Notes: generated from the letters alone by a model not told the origin. Counted from the first letter of the whole stretch, positions 29,488 through 39,736 are shown. The stretch: DNA of 63,719 nucleotides, filler included, from Candidatus Nanoarchaeia archaeon (GCA_035290625.1; 7 parts of 7 records of this genome joined end to end with filler, not necessarily neighbours in it), one strand, 5' to 3'. Program-made: numbers and translations.

Positions 29488-29609
29488 GGTTCACCTCTTT
29501 AAATGCACTATCCTAGTATACTAAATTATATACTAATGTAGTATTTAAATATATGGGTACTCAAGACTATAGGTTAAAATATATAAAAGGAGCAAAACAG
29601 AGGCTGCCG

Positions 29610-29849
29610 ATGGAGTTCCAGCAAGTGGTTGGCATTGCATTGGTTTTTGTTGGTTTTGGCCTGATTTTTGCCTCGCTCATGAATTCCGGAAAATCTGAAG
29701 GAAAAGTAGACACAAAATTTGCCGTAGGCGGCTTTATCGGATTTATTCCCTTCGGGTTTGCCAATGATAAGAGGATGCTGCTCGTGGTACTAGGCCTTGC
29801 TGGATTAATCGCTTTGTTCTTGATTTTGCGGACGCTGGGAAAGGGGTAG
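29610..29849 (+). CDS. DUF131-like small membrane protein
   Basis: GGFIGFIPFGFAND motif; two TM segments. Confidence 0.75.
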   Translation: MEFQQVVGIALVFVGFGLIFASLMNSGKSEGKVDTKFAVGGFIGFIPFGFANDKRMLLVVLGLAGLIALFLILRTLGKG

Positions 29850-29889
29850 AGGTTACTCCTGCCTTCGTTGCTGCAAAGCCCTGGAAACA

Positions 29890-30109
29890 GGTCGCATTGA
29901 AAAGTTGCTCACTTCGTTCGACAATGCCGACTTCGCCTTGTGCATACTCTCATGGGAAGCGACATTTCCCGTATGGTGCTAAAAAGAGCCATGCTCTTTT
30001 GGCACACCAAACCGCCAGAAGGCGTTTTGGTTGAGCACCCCCTTTGTCGCTGTTCTGTACTTTGAATAGGAGGCTCACAAAGGGCATTGCATGACTTTTC
30101 AATGCCACC
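29890..30109 (-). mobile_element. Structured MITE-like element, copy R6
   Basis: TIR ggtcgcattgaaaagt/acttttcaatgccacc; 8-bp direct repeat tggaaaca on both sides; unique two-hairpin insert in the core loop. Confidence 0.9.
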
Positions 30110-30228
30110 TGGAAACAGGAACCTTTATATAGAGGGTAAAAGTCCCTTTTTGCAGAGCATCACGAGAGAGCACTTGATCAGACAATCTGAACATTTCGCT
30201 TTTTCTTGAGAAGTGCTTTGAGGTAACC

Positions 30229-31446
30229 ATGAATATTGAAGAACTAGGAGTAAGCAGCAGCCTGCTTACAGCAATAAAGAATTTAGGGATAGAGAGGCCG
30301 ACGCAGATTCAGGAGCTTTCCATCCCCTCTATCATTTCGGGCAGGGATGTCATCGGAGAGTCTGCAACAGGTTCAGGAAAAACGCTTGCATTCGGGTCCG
30401 GAATTATTGAGAACACTGTTCCCCGAAGAGGCCTGCAGGCATTGATTCTTGCACCCACAAGAGAGCTTGCAGAGCAGGTGAAAAGCAATCTGGTCCAGCT
30501 TTCTGCCAATCTCAAGATTATCGCGGTGTATGGGGGGGTTTCCATCAACCCTCAGATCAGGGACCTGCAGCGTGCAGATGTTGTTGTGGCAACACCCGGA
30601 AGGCTGCTTGACCATTTGGAAAGAAGGACTGTTAATCTTTCAGGCTTGAAGATTTTAGTCCTGGATGAGGTTGACCGCATGCTGGACATGGGGTTCATAG
30701 AAAGCGTTGAGAAGGTTATACGGGCAAGCCCGAAGAACCGGCAGACCCTGTTCTTCTCGGCCACGATTCCGCCGCAAATCCAGGAGCTGACCAAGAGGTA
30801 TATGAATAATCCTATGAAGTTCACAGCAAAAAAACTTGTGGACGAAAAGTACCTTAAACAGGCGTATTATGATGTTGAGCGAAATGAAAAGCTGTCGCTG
30901 CTTTGCCATCTTCTTAACCAGAAGCAGGGGATGAGCATGGTATTCTGCAACACCCGAAGGAGCGTAGATTTTGTGGTGAGGAATCTCCGGGCAAACAGTA
31001 TCCAGGCTATTGCTATCCATGGCGGGCTTTCCCAGAACAAGAGGACAAGAACCATGGAGATTTTCAATGGCGGGAAGGCCATGGCCTTGGTGTGCACCGA
31101 TGTTGCGGCACGAGGGCTGCATATCGACAATGTGGAGTTTATCTACAATTATGAAATGCCAAGAGATCCAAAAGATTACATCCATCGAATCGGGAGGACT
31201 GCCAGGGCAGGAGAATCTGGAACAGCTATCAACTTAGTATCATCGAGCGACCACGAAAGCTTCTCCAGGATCATGGCTGAATACCGGACATTCTCGATTG
31301 AAAAGGGACAAAGGCCAGCAGTCAGAAAAATTTTTACTGTCAGAGAGCAGCCTCGGAATGAATCCTTTGGGAAGCGGCCGTTTCGGCAGCACCGAGCAGG
31401 CCAAGGCTATCCCAGAAGGTATAGCGGCTATAGCGGCAGGAGATAA
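30229..31446 (+). CDS. DEAD-box RNA helicase
   Basis: TGSGKT, PTRELA, TPGR, DEVD, SAT, ARGL, HRIGRTAR. Confidence 0.96.
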   Translation: MNIEELGVSSSLLTAIKNLGIERPTQIQELSIPSIISGRDVIGESATGSGKTLAFGSGIIENTVPRRGLQALILAPTRELAEQVKSNLVQLSANLKIIAVYGGVSINPQIRDLQRADVVVATPGRLLDHLERRTVNLSGLKILVLDEVDRMLDMGFIESVEKVIRASPKNRQTLFFSATIPPQIQELTKRYMNNPMKFTAKKLVDEKYLKQAYYDVERNEKLSLLCHLLNQKQGMSMVFCNTRRSVDFVVRNLRANSIQAIAIHGGLSQNKRTRTMEIFNGGKAMALVCTDVAARGLHIDNVEFIYNYEMPRDPKDYIHRIGRTARAGESGTAINLVSSSDHESFSRIMAEYRTFSIEKGQRPAVRKIFTVREQPRNESFGKRPFRQHRAGQGYPRRYSGYSGRR

Positions 31447-31479
31447 GGATGAGTTTGAGAACTGCTGGAATTGGCTGCC

Positions 31480-31722
31480 CTAGGCTATATCCAATGCCTT
31501 CTTAATGGCTGCCTTGTCAAATCCGACAATAATCTTGCCATCAATATCCAAGACAGGAACTCCCATCTGGCCTGACTTCTCAATCATTTCCTGAGCTTTC
31601 TGCCGGTCTTCGCCAACATTGATATCCTTAAAGGCAACCTTATGCTCTTTCAGAAACTCCTTTGCCTTGTGGCACCAGGGGCAGACCGTTGTTGAGTATA
31701 CGATGACTTCGTGTTTTGCCAT
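31480..31722 (-). CDS. Glutaredoxin/NrdH-like protein
   Basis: CPWC, GQMGVPV, IVGFD. Confidence 0.93.
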   Translation of the reverse strand: MAKHEVIVYSTTVCPWCHKAKEFLKEHKVAFKDINVGEDRQKAQEMIEKSGQMGVPVLDIDGKIIVGFDKAAIKKALDIA

Positions 31723-31773
31723 GAAAAACCTCCAATGGATTGTGATTTAAAAGCTTTTGCCCAGCAGTCGGGT

Positions 31774-31935
31774 GGCTGCGTTCAAAATCTTGCTCCGCAT
31801 CTGCCGCTAAGCTCAGCTCCAGCAGTTTTCTGGAAAGAGCGGCACCTTCCCGGACGGAGCATCCCCTTCCGCTGCTCATTCTTAGCCCGATTGAGCCTCG
31901 CAAATGGGGCGGCAGCGCCGATTTTGAACGCAGCC
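31774..31935 (-). repeat. Structured MITE-like element, copy R7
   Basis: Perfect TIR ggctgcgttcaaaatc/gattttgaacgcagcc; core aligns with R2/R5. Confidence 0.85.
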
Positions 31936-32000
31936 ATTTAGGGCATCTCCATGGCATTTCGAAACATTTAAATAAGTTATGAACGGGTAATCCATACGAG

Positions 32001-32459
32001 GTGAATGCTGTGAAGAAAGGACAGACCGCAACAGAGTATCTTATTATTCTGGCAGTTGTGATTGTGATATCGCTGGTTGTTGTTGGAGTATTGGGAGGAA
32101 TCCCCGGAATTGGAGCGTCTGCAGCTGCAAGGAGCTCTGCTGCCTACTGGAAAACCCAGGATGTGGCAATTACTGATTATGCGGTGTCCGCGTCTGGAGC
32201 AGACACCATTATTGTCAAGAACAATCTGAGGAATACTATCACTCTTAATGATGCTGTCGTTAACAGTATAGATTTGGAGAGCGGTTCACCCACGCTTGGG
32301 CCTGGAGCCTCAAAAACCTATACTGGATCCATTGATGCCTGCACTGCAGGGCAGCCATTCAGATATAGCGTGTCGCTTTCCTATCAGGACGGCGTTACTG
32401 AGGCAACCTATAATATCACAGGGGACGGAACCAAGCTGGAAGGAACCTGTGCAAGCTAA
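32001..32459 (+). CDS. Archaeal type IV pilin-like protein
   Basis: KKG/QTATEYLIILAVV. Confidence 0.85.
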   Translation: MNAVKKGQTATEYLIILAVVIVISLVVVGVLGGIPGIGASAAARSSAAYWKTQDVAITDYAVSASGADTIIVKNNLRNTITLNDAVVNSIDLESGSPTLGPGASKTYTGSIDACTAGQPFRYSVSLSYQDGVTEATYNITGDGTKLEGTCAS

Positions 32460-32519
32460 CTAGAATTCGTCGAAAGGGAGTGTTGTGAGTTTTTCCATGG
32501 AGGCCTGCAGGAGGATGGA

Positions 32520-32873
32520 ATGAAGAGATTACTCACAACCGTTGGCGGGATTGCCCTGCTTGCCTACTTTGCGTATATCGAGGTCAATAATGCCGAGGGG
32601 TTCTTTGATATCACTGCAATCCTTACGCTTTGCGCAGTTCTCCTGATACTGCTTGTCTCCACCTACCGAAAGGAATTTAGCCATTTTGTGGGCATCACCT
32701 TGTACACCTTTGGCCTGGTTGTGCTTGCCATGAATGGCTACCATCTTCTCCTGGGAAGCCCATTTAAGGGATTGCTTGTCCATGAGTTTTTGATCGGACT
32801 GATTCTGATCGCCAATGCCTTCCTCTACAGGAACAGAGGATGGTCGCTGCTCCAGCTGAATGTGTCTGAGTAG
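32520..32873 (+). CDS. Small four-TM membrane protein
   Basis: GGAGG RBS; hydrophobic segments. Confidence 0.7.
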   Translation: MKRLLTTVGGIALLAYFAYIEVNNAEGFFDITAILTLCAVLLILLVSTYRKEFSHFVGITLYTFGLVVLAMNGYHLLLGSPFKGLLVHEFLIGLILIANAFLYRNRGWSLLQLNVSE

Positions 32874-32923
32874 TGATTGTATAAGCAGTAATTTTATAAA
32901 CAATTGTCTGTTCATTTTCTGGC

Positions 32924-33823
32924 ATGAGGGCACTCGTCACAGGAGGCACAGGATTTATCGGATCCAACATTACTTTAGAGCTGCTCAGAAGAGGGTATGA
33001 AGTTGTTATCACGGGGTCTCATGTGGAGAACAAACTGCCTGAATTTAAGGGCAAGATCCTCACAGGAGATTTGAGCACCATTGACTGGAGCCAGGCAGGC
33101 AAGGTTGATGCGGTCTTTCATCAGGCAGCAAACAATGACACTACGGATTTGAACAGGGAACGGATGTTTGCAACCAATGTTGAGGCAGGGAAAAGGCTCT
33201 TCATGTATGCGAAAGACACAGGATGCAAACGGATCGTGTATGCATCCTCAACTGCAGTCTACGGAGATGTTCAGCCGCCATACAAGGAAGCAGGGAATTT
33301 CCATCCCTTAAATCCCTATGCTGAGTCAAAGCTTGCATTTGATGTGTGGGCGGCGTCATTCATGGAAGAACACCCGGAGATGAGAATTGTTGGATTGAGA
33401 TATTGCAATGTGTATGGCCCCCGAGAGAGCTCTAAAGGGAAACGCGCAACCATGATTTATCAGCTCTGCCAGCAGATGAAAACCGGAAACCCGAGAATTT
33501 TCAAATACGGCGAGCAGAAGCGCGATTATATCTATGCCAAAGATGTCGTGTCTGCAAACCTTCTTGCTGCAGCAGCAAAGGAGTCATGCATTGTGAACTG
33601 CGGATTCGGAAAGGCGACAACATTCAACAGGCTCGTAGACCTCCTCAACAAACACCTCAATCTCAGCAGAAAGCCCCAGTACATCGACAACCCCTATGCC
33701 GGGAAATACCAGGACTACACAGAATGCGATATGAGCCTGGCAAAGGAGAAGATTGGCTTTGTTCCGAAATTTGATATTGGGGCAGGAATCAGCGATTATT
33801 TTGCATCAGGATGGCTGGATTAG
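32924..33823 (+). CDS. NAD-dependent epimerase (ADP-heptose 6-epimerase-like SDR)
   Basis: GGTGFIG, YASS, YAESK, LRYCNVYGPRE. Confidence 0.88.
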   Translation: MRALVTGGTGFIGSNITLELLRRGYEVVITGSHVENKLPEFKGKILTGDLSTIDWSQAGKVDAVFHQAANNDTTDLNRERMFATNVEAGKRLFMYAKDTGCKRIVYASSTAVYGDVQPPYKEAGNFHPLNPYAESKLAFDVWAASFMEEHPEMRIVGLRYCNVYGPRESSKGKRATMIYQLCQQMKTGNPRIFKYGEQKRDYIYAKDVVSANLLAAAAKESCIVNCGFGKATTFNRLVDLLNKHLNLSRKPQYIDNPYAGKYQDYTECDMSLAKEKIGFVPKFDIGAGISDYFASGWLD

Positions 33824-33837
33824 GCTTCTGGATTCTA

Positions 33838-33922
33838 TGGGCCCACCCGGATTCGAACCGGGGATCTTCACCATTTCAAGTGCCTTGTCGAGGTGACGTC
33901 ATAACCGCTAGACCATGGGCCC
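33838..33922 (-). tRNA. tRNA-Val(GAC) with a 12-nt canonical intron (33874-33885)
   Basis: Acceptor GGGCCCA/TGGGCCC-A; anticodon stem TCACC/GGTGA; T arm CCCGG-TTCGAAT-CCGGG; intron TTGA pairs with TCGA (positions 32-35). Confidence 0.9.
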
Positions 33923-33955
33923 CTGACCGGGAGAATCGGAATTTTGTTTTTAAAC

Positions 33956-35590
33956 CTATTGATTTTTGAGCAGTGCAAGGAAATTCTGCGCTGTTGTGAA
34001 TTCTGGCTCGAGGAGCAGGGCTTTTTCCAGCTGGGATTTTGCTTCTTCCGTCCTGTTGGTATCCTTGTAGATCATTGCCAGGTTGAAATGGGCCAGTGCT
34101 GTCGGCTGGATCTGTATTGAGCGGTTGAGGATCTGCTCTGCTTTCTCATGCTCTCCCTTCTTTGCCAATAAGATGGCAGTGTTTATGTAGGCGTCTGTGT
34201 CATAAGGGTCAAGCTCGATGGCCCTTACATAGGCGGTCAGGGATTCGTTGTAGAATCCTGCTGTTTGGAGTATTGTTGCAAAGTTGAAGTAGAGATTTTG
34301 CCTATCTGGACTTATTTGGATCGCCTGCTGAGCATGGGCAATGGCTTCCCTGAGGCGGTTTTGCCTTGCAAGCTCTAATGCCAGGTTTATCTGGGCCTTG
34401 GAGCTTTCCGGCGAGGTTTTGACTGTTGATTCCCATAATGCCAGATCATCTTTCCAATCATTGTTACGATTAATTGTTCTTATTGAGTAAAAAGCCAAAA
34501 GTATCAACAGGATGGCCAATGCCTGTTTTTTGTATCCTGAGATGAGATGATAGAGCAACAATACAAATCCGAACACTGCGAGGTATGCGTACATCTCAGC
34601 AAACCCGCGCTGGATTGGGATTATCTGGGAAACCGGGAGGAGGGCAAGGACAATGAATGCCGAGACGAGCCTGATTTTTCCATTCCTGAAGATTGAAAAA
34701 AAGATGAGAAGCAGGAGCATGGAAAGGATGATTACATAGCCGAAGGTATAGTCGATCAGGTGCTGAGTTGTTAATCTTGGCCAGAGGAGATTTGCTGTGT
34801 AGATTATGAGCACCTTCGGGAATGCCAGTATTCTTAATAGGTATTGATTGAGGGTTACGGGGGTTCTGGAGATTAATTCGATAAAAAAGAACCTGATGGA
34901 TATGTAGGAGAGGGCTATCAGGAAGAAAGGGATTGCTTTTGTATATTTTTTTAGCGGGTTGGGATTGTTTGAGTACTCATTGACATCATTCCCTATTTTC
35001 TCATGATCATTCATTATTGTCTTATTAAATTCTTCCTTATTGGTGAGAATATACAATAAAATAATAAAAGGGAGGGATAGCGTAACTTCATAGGTGAAGG
35101 CTGCTAATGCGAAGAATGCGTAAGATGATTTCGGCTTTTCATTGATAAAAAAATAAAATGCTGCTAAGAAGAAAACTATTCCTATTACGTCGAAATTAGA
35201 CGTTGCAAATGCAACTGCCTCGACATGGATAGGGTGGGCTGCGAAGAGCAATGCTAAGAGCAGAGCTGAAGAACGATGGACAAATTTGGCAAGGATGAGG
35301 AAGACGAGAATAGAGTTTAAAGCGTGGACGATGATGCCGAAGAGATGGTACCAAAAAGGATCCAGTCCAAAGAGTTTGTACGCCAGGACATAGAAGAATT
35401 CCCTTACCGGCCTGTAGACTCCGACCTGGTCTTGGATGAAGGAGGAGAAGATGTGATTTATGCTCCGTATTTCAGTTCTCTCTTCAATGAAGTAGTGGTC
35501 ATCCCAGACGAAGCTGTTGTTGAGGGTGTTTGCGTAGAGCAGGAAGACGAAGATGGAGATTATTAATGGGTACAGGCCTTTTGAGGACAT
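33956..35590 (-). CDS. TMTC-like GT-C glycosyltransferase with C-terminal TPRs
   Basis: FVWDD, YRP, FAAHPIHVEAV, RNNDWKD..LW, TPR repeats. Confidence 0.88.
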   Translation of the reverse strand: MSSKGLYPLIISIFVFLLYANTLNNSFVWDDHYFIEERTEIRSINHIFSSFIQDQVGVYRPVREFFYVLAYKLFGLDPFWYHLFGIIVHALNSILVFLILAKFVHRSSALLLALLFAAHPIHVEAVAFATSNFDVIGIVFFLAAFYFFINEKPKSSYAFFALAAFTYEVTLSLPFIILLYILTNKEEFNKTIMNDHEKIGNDVNEYSNNPNPLKKYTKAIPFFLIALSYISIRFFFIELISRTPVTLNQYLLRILAFPKVLIIYTANLLWPRLTTQHLIDYTFGYVIILSMLLLLIFFSIFRNGKIRLVSAFIVLALLPVSQIIPIQRGFAEMYAYLAVFGFVLLLYHLISGYKKQALAILLILLAFYSIRTINRNNDWKDDLALWESTVKTSPESSKAQINLALELARQNRLREAIAHAQQAIQISPDRQNLYFNFATILQTAGFYNESLTAYVRAIELDPYDTDAYINTAILLAKKGEHEKAEQILNRSIQIQPTALAHFNLAMIYKDTNRTEEAKSQLEKALLLEPEFTTAQNFLALLKNQ

Positions 35591-35686
35591 TATGAGAAGA
35601 AGCGAGTTCTGATTTATTAAGATAGCGGCAAAGCCTTATAAAACCCATACCATTACCGGAGAGATAATTTCGGGGGTTTGCGCGGG

Positions 35687-37072
35687 ATGTCTGAATACTC
35701 AATTAATATCGATGACATAACCAAAAAGCTGGACCCTTTTCCGAAAGATAAGGACTTACCCAATCTCAAAGGAAGGCTGGGGATTATCACAGCTCATTTG
35801 CAGGATTTATTATCTGATTTTGATTCGCTACTTCCTACAAAAGTAAGGCAGGAATTTGAGATGATGGAAAAAGTGGGAGTTTTTGATTATTATAACCTAT
35901 CTGCCTGGAGTGAAAAAGAGAGGGCTCTAAAGGAAAAAATAAGGGAGAAGAGGTATGGTTTGGAAAGGAGATTGTTCTCTGGCTATCCGCCAGTTTATGA
36001 TGAGTGTGAATTCTCTGAAGAGGACGCTATCGCAGATATTGCGGGATTAGATAAGCGCCTAAAGAGGTACAAACGGTTTCTTGAAAAGAGATACGGAAGA
36101 AGGATTGAATCAGTTATTGATTTTCATAAATTAAAAGAGCTGACCGAGCTTAGAGCGCTTCTGCTTGATCAGTATGACAGAGCAATTGATACGGCAGGGT
36201 TCATTGAGAAACTTGAAGAGAGACTACTACCCGGTTCAGAGAAAAATAAAGAGATCGAATTTGACATCGCTTTGTGGACCGATGAAAGACTTTTCCCGTA
36301 TGCGAATAATGCTGTGAATCTTTTTATGCAGATTGCCGATTATATACGCTATTTTGATTGTGTGCCCTGGTATCTGGCTTACCCAGACCAGTACGAGATG
36401 CTGTTAGACGACGGGTATTTTTCAGAAGAAGAGGCTAAAGAAGAGGAAGATGACGTATTATGGGAACCCTATGATAACTGCCTGAAAAGAAAGATTATAC
36501 GGTCCGGTGATATGTACAGCATTCGACAATTGGTGTTCTTCAGCGAAATCTTCAGAAAAGCACGACAAGGAAAGTTAACCCTTGAAGAAGCATTTTACGT
36601 ACATCCCAAGACCTTTTGGGGGTTTCATGAGCATGATGAATTAAAAAAGGTTTTAGGTTTGGAAAGCCTATGGGAAGGTGTGAATGACAATAAAATATGG
36701 CTTAGCCGCGAATACTCCCGCCCTAAAGTAATACGTGAAATTGCCGTCCAGAGAATAGCAAATGCATGCTATCAGGATCCGAGGCCAGAGTTTGCTGATG
36801 CGTTTCTTCAGAGATCAACAAACTATTTCTCCAAAGTGGTTCAGGATGCTCCTGACAGAAGGCTTTTTCGGGACGGCCAAATACTTGCGTACTTCATTAA
36901 TCTCATGGTATATGGAGAGGAGATACTTGAAAAATACGGACCTCGGAATATTGGAGAGGTATTATTATGCGGGGCAGGAAAAAGGATAGATCCTAGAGAT
37001 GCCTTGACCACAGACCCGAAAGAGGTGTTACAGACACTACATAAAGCTGGTTATTCTGCTCAACCATTTTAA
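35687..37072 (+). CDS. Hypothetical protein
   Basis: Long acidic ORF with no recognised motif; ATG at 35687. Confidence 0.65.
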   Translation: MSEYSINIDDITKKLDPFPKDKDLPNLKGRLGIITAHLQDLLSDFDSLLPTKVRQEFEMMEKVGVFDYYNLSAWSEKERALKEKIREKRYGLERRLFSGYPPVYDECEFSEEDAIADIAGLDKRLKRYKRFLEKRYGRRIESVIDFHKLKELTELRALLLDQYDRAIDTAGFIEKLEERLLPGSEKNKEIEFDIALWTDERLFPYANNAVNLFMQIADYIRYFDCVPWYLAYPDQYEMLLDDGYFSEEEAKEEEDDVLWEPYDNCLKRKIIRSGDMYSIRQLVFFSEIFRKARQGKLTLEEAFYVHPKTFWGFHEHDELKKVLGLESLWEGVNDNKIWLSREYSRPKVIREIAVQRIANACYQDPRPEFADAFLQRSTNYFSKVVQDAPDRRLFRDGQILAYFINLMVYGEEILEKYGPRNIGEVLLCGAGKRIDPRDALTTDPKEVLQTLHKAGYSAQPF

Positions 37073-37076
37073 GAGT

Positions 37077-37279
37077 AAGCCTCTGGCGAGCAACCTCACT
37101 TGCGTTCGGGACTCGCCTCCAGCTTTTCACTTTGTTCAAAGCCTCTGGCGAGTATCCTCACTTGCGTTCGGGACTCGCCTCCAGCTTTTCACTTTGTTCA
37201 AAGCCTCTGGCGAGCAACCTCACTTGCGTTCGGGACTCGCCTCCAGCTTTTCACTTTGTTCAAAGCCTCTGGCGAGAGT
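37077..37279. repeat. 62-bp tandem repeat (three full units plus a partial) containing the tRNA-Thr 3' end
   Basis: Units start at 37077, 37139, 37201 and 37263; unit 2 differs at 2 nt. Confidence 0.95.
37264..37279 (-). other. Putative att site (copy of the tRNA-Thr 3' end)
   Basis: agcctctggcgagagt is identical to 61529-61544 and lies 60 bp before the integrase start. Confidence 0.8.
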
Positions 37280-37338
37280 AACGCTAAAAAGTAAACATTA
37301 CAGGAATGTTTATATATGCCTGCAAATCTATTGCTGTT

Positions 37339-38535
37339 ATGAGCAATAAGAGCTTGTATCTAAATTGCAAGAAGGATATATTAGAGAACGCCGGTAAGAA
37401 AAATAAAAGACTGTTCGCAGAGTTCTTTGAGTGGGAAGAGAATAAGCTGAAGCGAAGCAACAACCTGGCCGTTCTGGACGAGAGTTGTTATAAAACATTG
37501 CTAGGTTATGTTAAGATGATCCGCAATGCGCATAACTGGTTTAATAAAAAGGCATGGAGTGAATTGACAGAAAAGGAGATCAGGGGTGTTTATAACAAGC
37601 TGGAAGATGGGAAAATCCTAACAATAAAAAAGCAGCCATTCAAAGACAGGCAAAGCTATTACAATAAAATCTTCAAGTCAAAGATTTTTAAGATGGCCGG
37701 AAAGGATGAGATTGCCAGGCAGGTTATGGAGTTCTATAAGCCGAATGGTGACGGAGAAGTCAGGTTTATTGATGAAGATGACTTTAGAACTCTAATCTCT
37801 GTTGCAAGCAAGCCGACTCATCTATTGCTGTTTTGGTTCGGCTTCGATGTCGGAGAGAATATTAATTCGGCCTTGAGACTGAAAAAGAAAGATTGGTCAA
37901 GACAAATGAATCCCGATACAAAAGAGGTTGAGTACGTTGTAAACTTACCAAAAGAGATATTGAAGCGAAGCAGAACATCTAGAAGCGAGATAACAAACTA
38001 TCCGGAGACTGCCAAGTTTGCTGATATGGTCCTGAAAAATATAAAGAGTGACGATGACTTGGTGTTTCCTTTTAAGTATGGCCAAGCCAAGAAGCTCTTT
38101 GACAGGGCAGTAAGGCTTACAGGCATTAAATGCAAGCCAAAAGGTAACAAGCCTACATGGAAAGACCTGCGATCCTCAATGGCCTGCAATCTTCTAAAGA
38201 AGGGCTGGAGCAGGGATGAGGTTAATGCTCGTCTAGGGCATAAGCCAAGCTCAGGAGAGATTGACAAATACCTCAATTTCTTTGCTATCGACAGGCATCG
38301 GCCTAAGAAGAAGATTTATGACGATAACATGGCCAGGCTGCGGGGAGAGATTGAAGAGATGCGGGGCAGGGAAAAGCTGCACCAACTAAGGATTGATAGG
38401 ACACAGACCAGGCTGGAGAGGAACGAGAAACTCCTAGAAGTGTTGTTAAACACCTTTGAAACCAACCCAAAGATTCTGGCAATGGTTGCCGAAGATTGGA
38501 AAAAGAAGCTTGGGAAGGACATCAATAAAATCTAA
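37339..38535 (+). CDS. Tyrosine recombinase/integrase (atypical catalytic motifs)
   Basis: WKDLRSS, RLGHKP, KYL; box I reads GENINSALRLKKKD; TATA at 37309. Confidence 0.85.
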   Translation: MSNKSLYLNCKKDILENAGKKNKRLFAEFFEWEENKLKRSNNLAVLDESCYKTLLGYVKMIRNAHNWFNKKAWSELTEKEIRGVYNKLEDGKILTIKKQPFKDRQSYYNKIFKSKIFKMAGKDEIARQVMEFYKPNGDGEVRFIDEDDFRTLISVASKPTHLLLFWFGFDVGENINSALRLKKKDWSRQMNPDTKEVEYVVNLPKEILKRSRTSRSEITNYPETAKFADMVLKNIKSDDDLVFPFKYGQAKKLFDRAVRLTGIKCKPKGNKPTWKDLRSSMACNLLKKGWSRDEVNARLGHKPSSGEIDKYLNFFAIDRHRPKKKIYDDNMARLRGEIEEMRGREKLHQLRIDRTQTRLERNEKLLEVLLNTFETNPKILAMVAEDWKKKLGKDINKI

Positions 38536-38537
38536 AT

Positions 38538-39278
38538 TCACCGTCTTAGCAGCGACTTTTGACGATGAGGGGTAAAGATTGCGGGGTTGGGAGAAGTCTT
38601 AACTGATGTTTCTAGCAGATTAAGGTACATATCAACTTTAGGGTGTATAACCCAAAAAGCAGCGATCTTCCTTTTCTTTTTTTGGTCAGCAGCAGATGGT
38701 ACTCTTTTCTTAATAATGTTCTCTTCTGTTAATCTCTCCAAGACAGTATTTAATGTCCTGAAGCTGGGGATTTCGACACCATTCTCCGATAACAACCGAT
38801 TAATCTTGCCGTATTTTTCTGAATTAGATATTTTTTGAGAGGATATTTCTGCAAAGGATTCTATTGATTCTTTGGCCTGGTGCGTGGTTGTTTGTAATTC
38901 AAGATAGTTTCTGCTTGGAGACTGCGCCCTTAAAAATTTTAAAAAATCAATAGTTTTCCTCTCCATTGTTGTGCTTTTTACTATGGCCTTCTTTTTTGCG
39001 GCCCGTTGAAGGTCTAAGGCTGCTGATTTTAGGTTAAAATATCCTTTTTTTGTCCTGAGTATTTGAGAATCGACACTTCTTTTAAGTATCTCATAAACGG
39101 CATCATCCATCAGGTAATTCCTAATCTGATGGGTTGTTAGAGCTGAGTTATGATCATGCAAAACGAAAAGAACTGCCTGCTCATTCTGTGTCAAAAACTT
39201 CAATGAACTCTGGATAGATTCAGGACTCATTTCGGTATCTTTGTTCCCCTCAAAAGCTTCTATTTTTGGTTCTGGCAT
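38538..39278 (-). CDS. Winged-helix protein with an insertion (putative repressor)
   Basis: Likely start MPEPKI; LTQNEQAVLFVL..ALTTHQIR and SFRTLNTVLERLTEENII. Confidence 0.6.
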   Translation of the reverse strand: MPEPKIEAFEGNKDTEMSPESIQSSLKFLTQNEQAVLFVLHDHNSALTTHQIRNYLMDDAVYEILKRSVDSQILRTKKGYFNLKSAALDLQRAAKKKAIVKSTTMERKTIDFLKFLRAQSPSRNYLELQTTTHQAKESIESFAEISSQKISNSEKYGKINRLLSENGVEIPSFRTLNTVLERLTEENIIKKRVPSAADQKKKRKIAAFWVIHPKVDMYLNLLETSVKTSPNPAIFTPHRQKSLLRR

Positions 39279-39363
39279 AAAGGACGTATTTCCTTTGCGG
39301 TATATAAAGTTTTTTGGTTGCAAAAAGGAACATTTATATACTACCTCAAGTCTCAGCAAGAAA

Positions 39364-39528
39364 ATGCCAGATAACGCATTCAAACGCAAGGTAAGGAAAT
39401 CAGTAAATATGACCCTGACAGCCCAGGAATCAAATTTGATCGATTCTGCGAGAGCGAAGATACGGCAAAGTCTAGCTGCCTTTGTAGCGAAATCCTGTGT
39501 AGAGTATTCACAAAAGGTTTTGGAGTAA
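39364..39528 (+). CDS. Small ribbon-helix-helix-like protein
   Basis: MPDNAFKRKVRKSVNMTLTAQESNLIDSARAK...; TTTATATA upstream. Confidence 0.6.
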   Translation: MPDNAFKRKVRKSVNMTLTAQESNLIDSARAKIRQSLAAFVAKSCVEYSQKVLE

Positions 39529-39736
39529 AAACATGGCACAGAATAAGGGGTTGCAGGGTCAAACTCCTACAGATAAAATGCTCGGTTTGTTGTACTTAGC
39601 GATTAAGGTTCAAACCCATCAAAAAAAGGAGGCAACCCAATAAAGAAATTAACCCCGACGGGCAACGCCCGCCAGAAGTCAAGCCATAAATGAACAGTAT
39701 GGCTTCTTCTTTGGGATTTATAAAACTTGTATCACA

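Noticed and set aside
37077..37279. CRISPR array
   Set aside because: Units are near-identical along their whole length, with no unique spacers, and no cas genes are nearby
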